Position numbers and translations under genes: made by a program. A DNA stretch of 63,448 nt, filler included, from Octopus bimaculoides (Eukaryota), in assembly GCF_001194135.2 (NCBI RefSeq). It is 7 parts of 7 records of this genome, joined end to end, with 100 filler letters (N's around TTAATTAATTAA, not from the genome) between each part and the next. Parts side by side here need not be neighbours in the genome. Positions count along the whole stretch, not along the records: positions 62,422 to 63,448 come from NW_026389848.1; 6 more parts are not named here. One strand, given 5' to 3'. Shown here piece by piece: positions 62,607-63,448 of this stretch. Positions within the stretch are counted from its first letter, which is position 1; each line of letters starts with the position of its first letter. The notes beneath the pieces are model-generated. The model did no database searches. It had not been told where the DNA came from and saw nothing but the letters and a program-made list of their open reading frames with translations.

Positions 62607-63069
62607 AATATCTATCTTTTAAACAAACTTAAAGGTAGCCCATCAGAGTGGCCGTTTAGGGTGCTAGAAATATCAGAGATCACGTACATATGTTCTATGG
62701 CCTTCAGCATATCAAACAACCATATTAACACATTCATCTTTGATATTTTTATTCTTTTCCACTAATTATATCAGTATCTCTGGAACATTTCACTGTATTA
62801 AAAAATATTCATTTAGCAAATTCTAGAAGTGCTGTTTCTAGTAATCACAAAGTAATATTTATAGAGCTGATCCCTAATTTCTGTGCATTCCCTGATATGT
62901 TATATCTAATTTTCTTTTGCATCCTTAACCCGTCGAGTAGCGTTCACTGGCTCAATAAATAAATTTAGAATAATAGAAAGTACTCAAAAACTAAGAATTT
63001 CTGAAGGAATCACACGCTATGTTGACGTAACTTTGCTACGTAAAAGTTCTCAGGTTATTGTATTTATAT

Positions 63070-63448
63070 ATATCAGAAGATACCATCCAGTCCGTCTAAA
63101 TTCGGGACCAGCTACTGCAATAGCCTAGGATTCAAAGACCCACAGCTCTTCAATATCACGCCACAAAAATTAAGAAACCTGCGTAATGTGGACGTAAATG
63201 CATTCAAAAAGGAACAAGATACCAGATGAACCGACGGTCCGGCATGAGTTACAGACGAGGGCAGCAGAGTCAAAGTCCTTCATACATCAAACGGGTCAAC
63301 AATGGGGACAGAGGCACATACAGGAGTGGTGATGTGAAACCCCACCCTGAGGAAATCAGTCGAAGGATAATCATGAGTAACGGTGCAAAACCACGGTGGT
63401 GCTCCGGCATGACCGCAGCCGCATAGCTGAAACAAATAAAAGAATATA
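63070..63448 (+). mobile_element. CR1-like LINE 3' end (ORF2 C-terminus, 3'UTR, tail)
   Basis: SLGFKDPQLFNITPQKLRNLRNVDVNAFKK..KIPDEP, matching the GPxLFNxLP..LRN..FK..IPDEP consensus, then the gtgctccggcatgaccgcag...aaataaaagaata tail. Confidence 0.75.

Noticed and set aside
1-63448. CRISPR arrays, rRNA, prokaryotic systems
   Set aside because: No regularly spaced repeat-spacer arrays or rRNA signatures; the sequence is animal genomic DNA

Overview
AT-rich, microsatellite-dense eukaryotic genomic DNA with many N gaps. The SINE families and repeat landscape suggest an octopod cephalopod (Octopus-like); this is inference. The only confident host coding sequence is three symmetric phase-1/phase-1 exons on + (5192-5299, 9779-9895, 11023-11139), each encoding one LDL-receptor class A repeat of a large extracellular or receptor protein whose identity cannot be fixed here. 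The rest is intronic or intergenic and filled with decayed mobile elements: three tRNA-derived SINE families, RLE-type LINEs (R2-like, R4/Dong-like), RTE and CR1-like LINEs, a Penelope-like element, Tc1/mariner/maT transposons and MITEs, and an internally deleted Gypsy element. The most notable unannotated signal is a set of type-I hammerhead ribozyme motifs, several with palindromic helix III, from multiple unrelated sequence families. Best copies are at 24698-24747 (-), 25183-25224 (-), 25556-25603 (+), 36107-36144 (+) and 51164-51207 (+). Two sit in a divergent inverted ~200-bp repeat pair, one relic lies at the 3' end of the Penelope-like element, and a perfect 44-bp-arm palindrome (61228-61316) is centred on a helix-III-like palindrome. 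Six 100-bp gaps of 44N-TTAATTAATTAA-44N are synthetic scaffolding linkers, so adjacency across them is uncertain.
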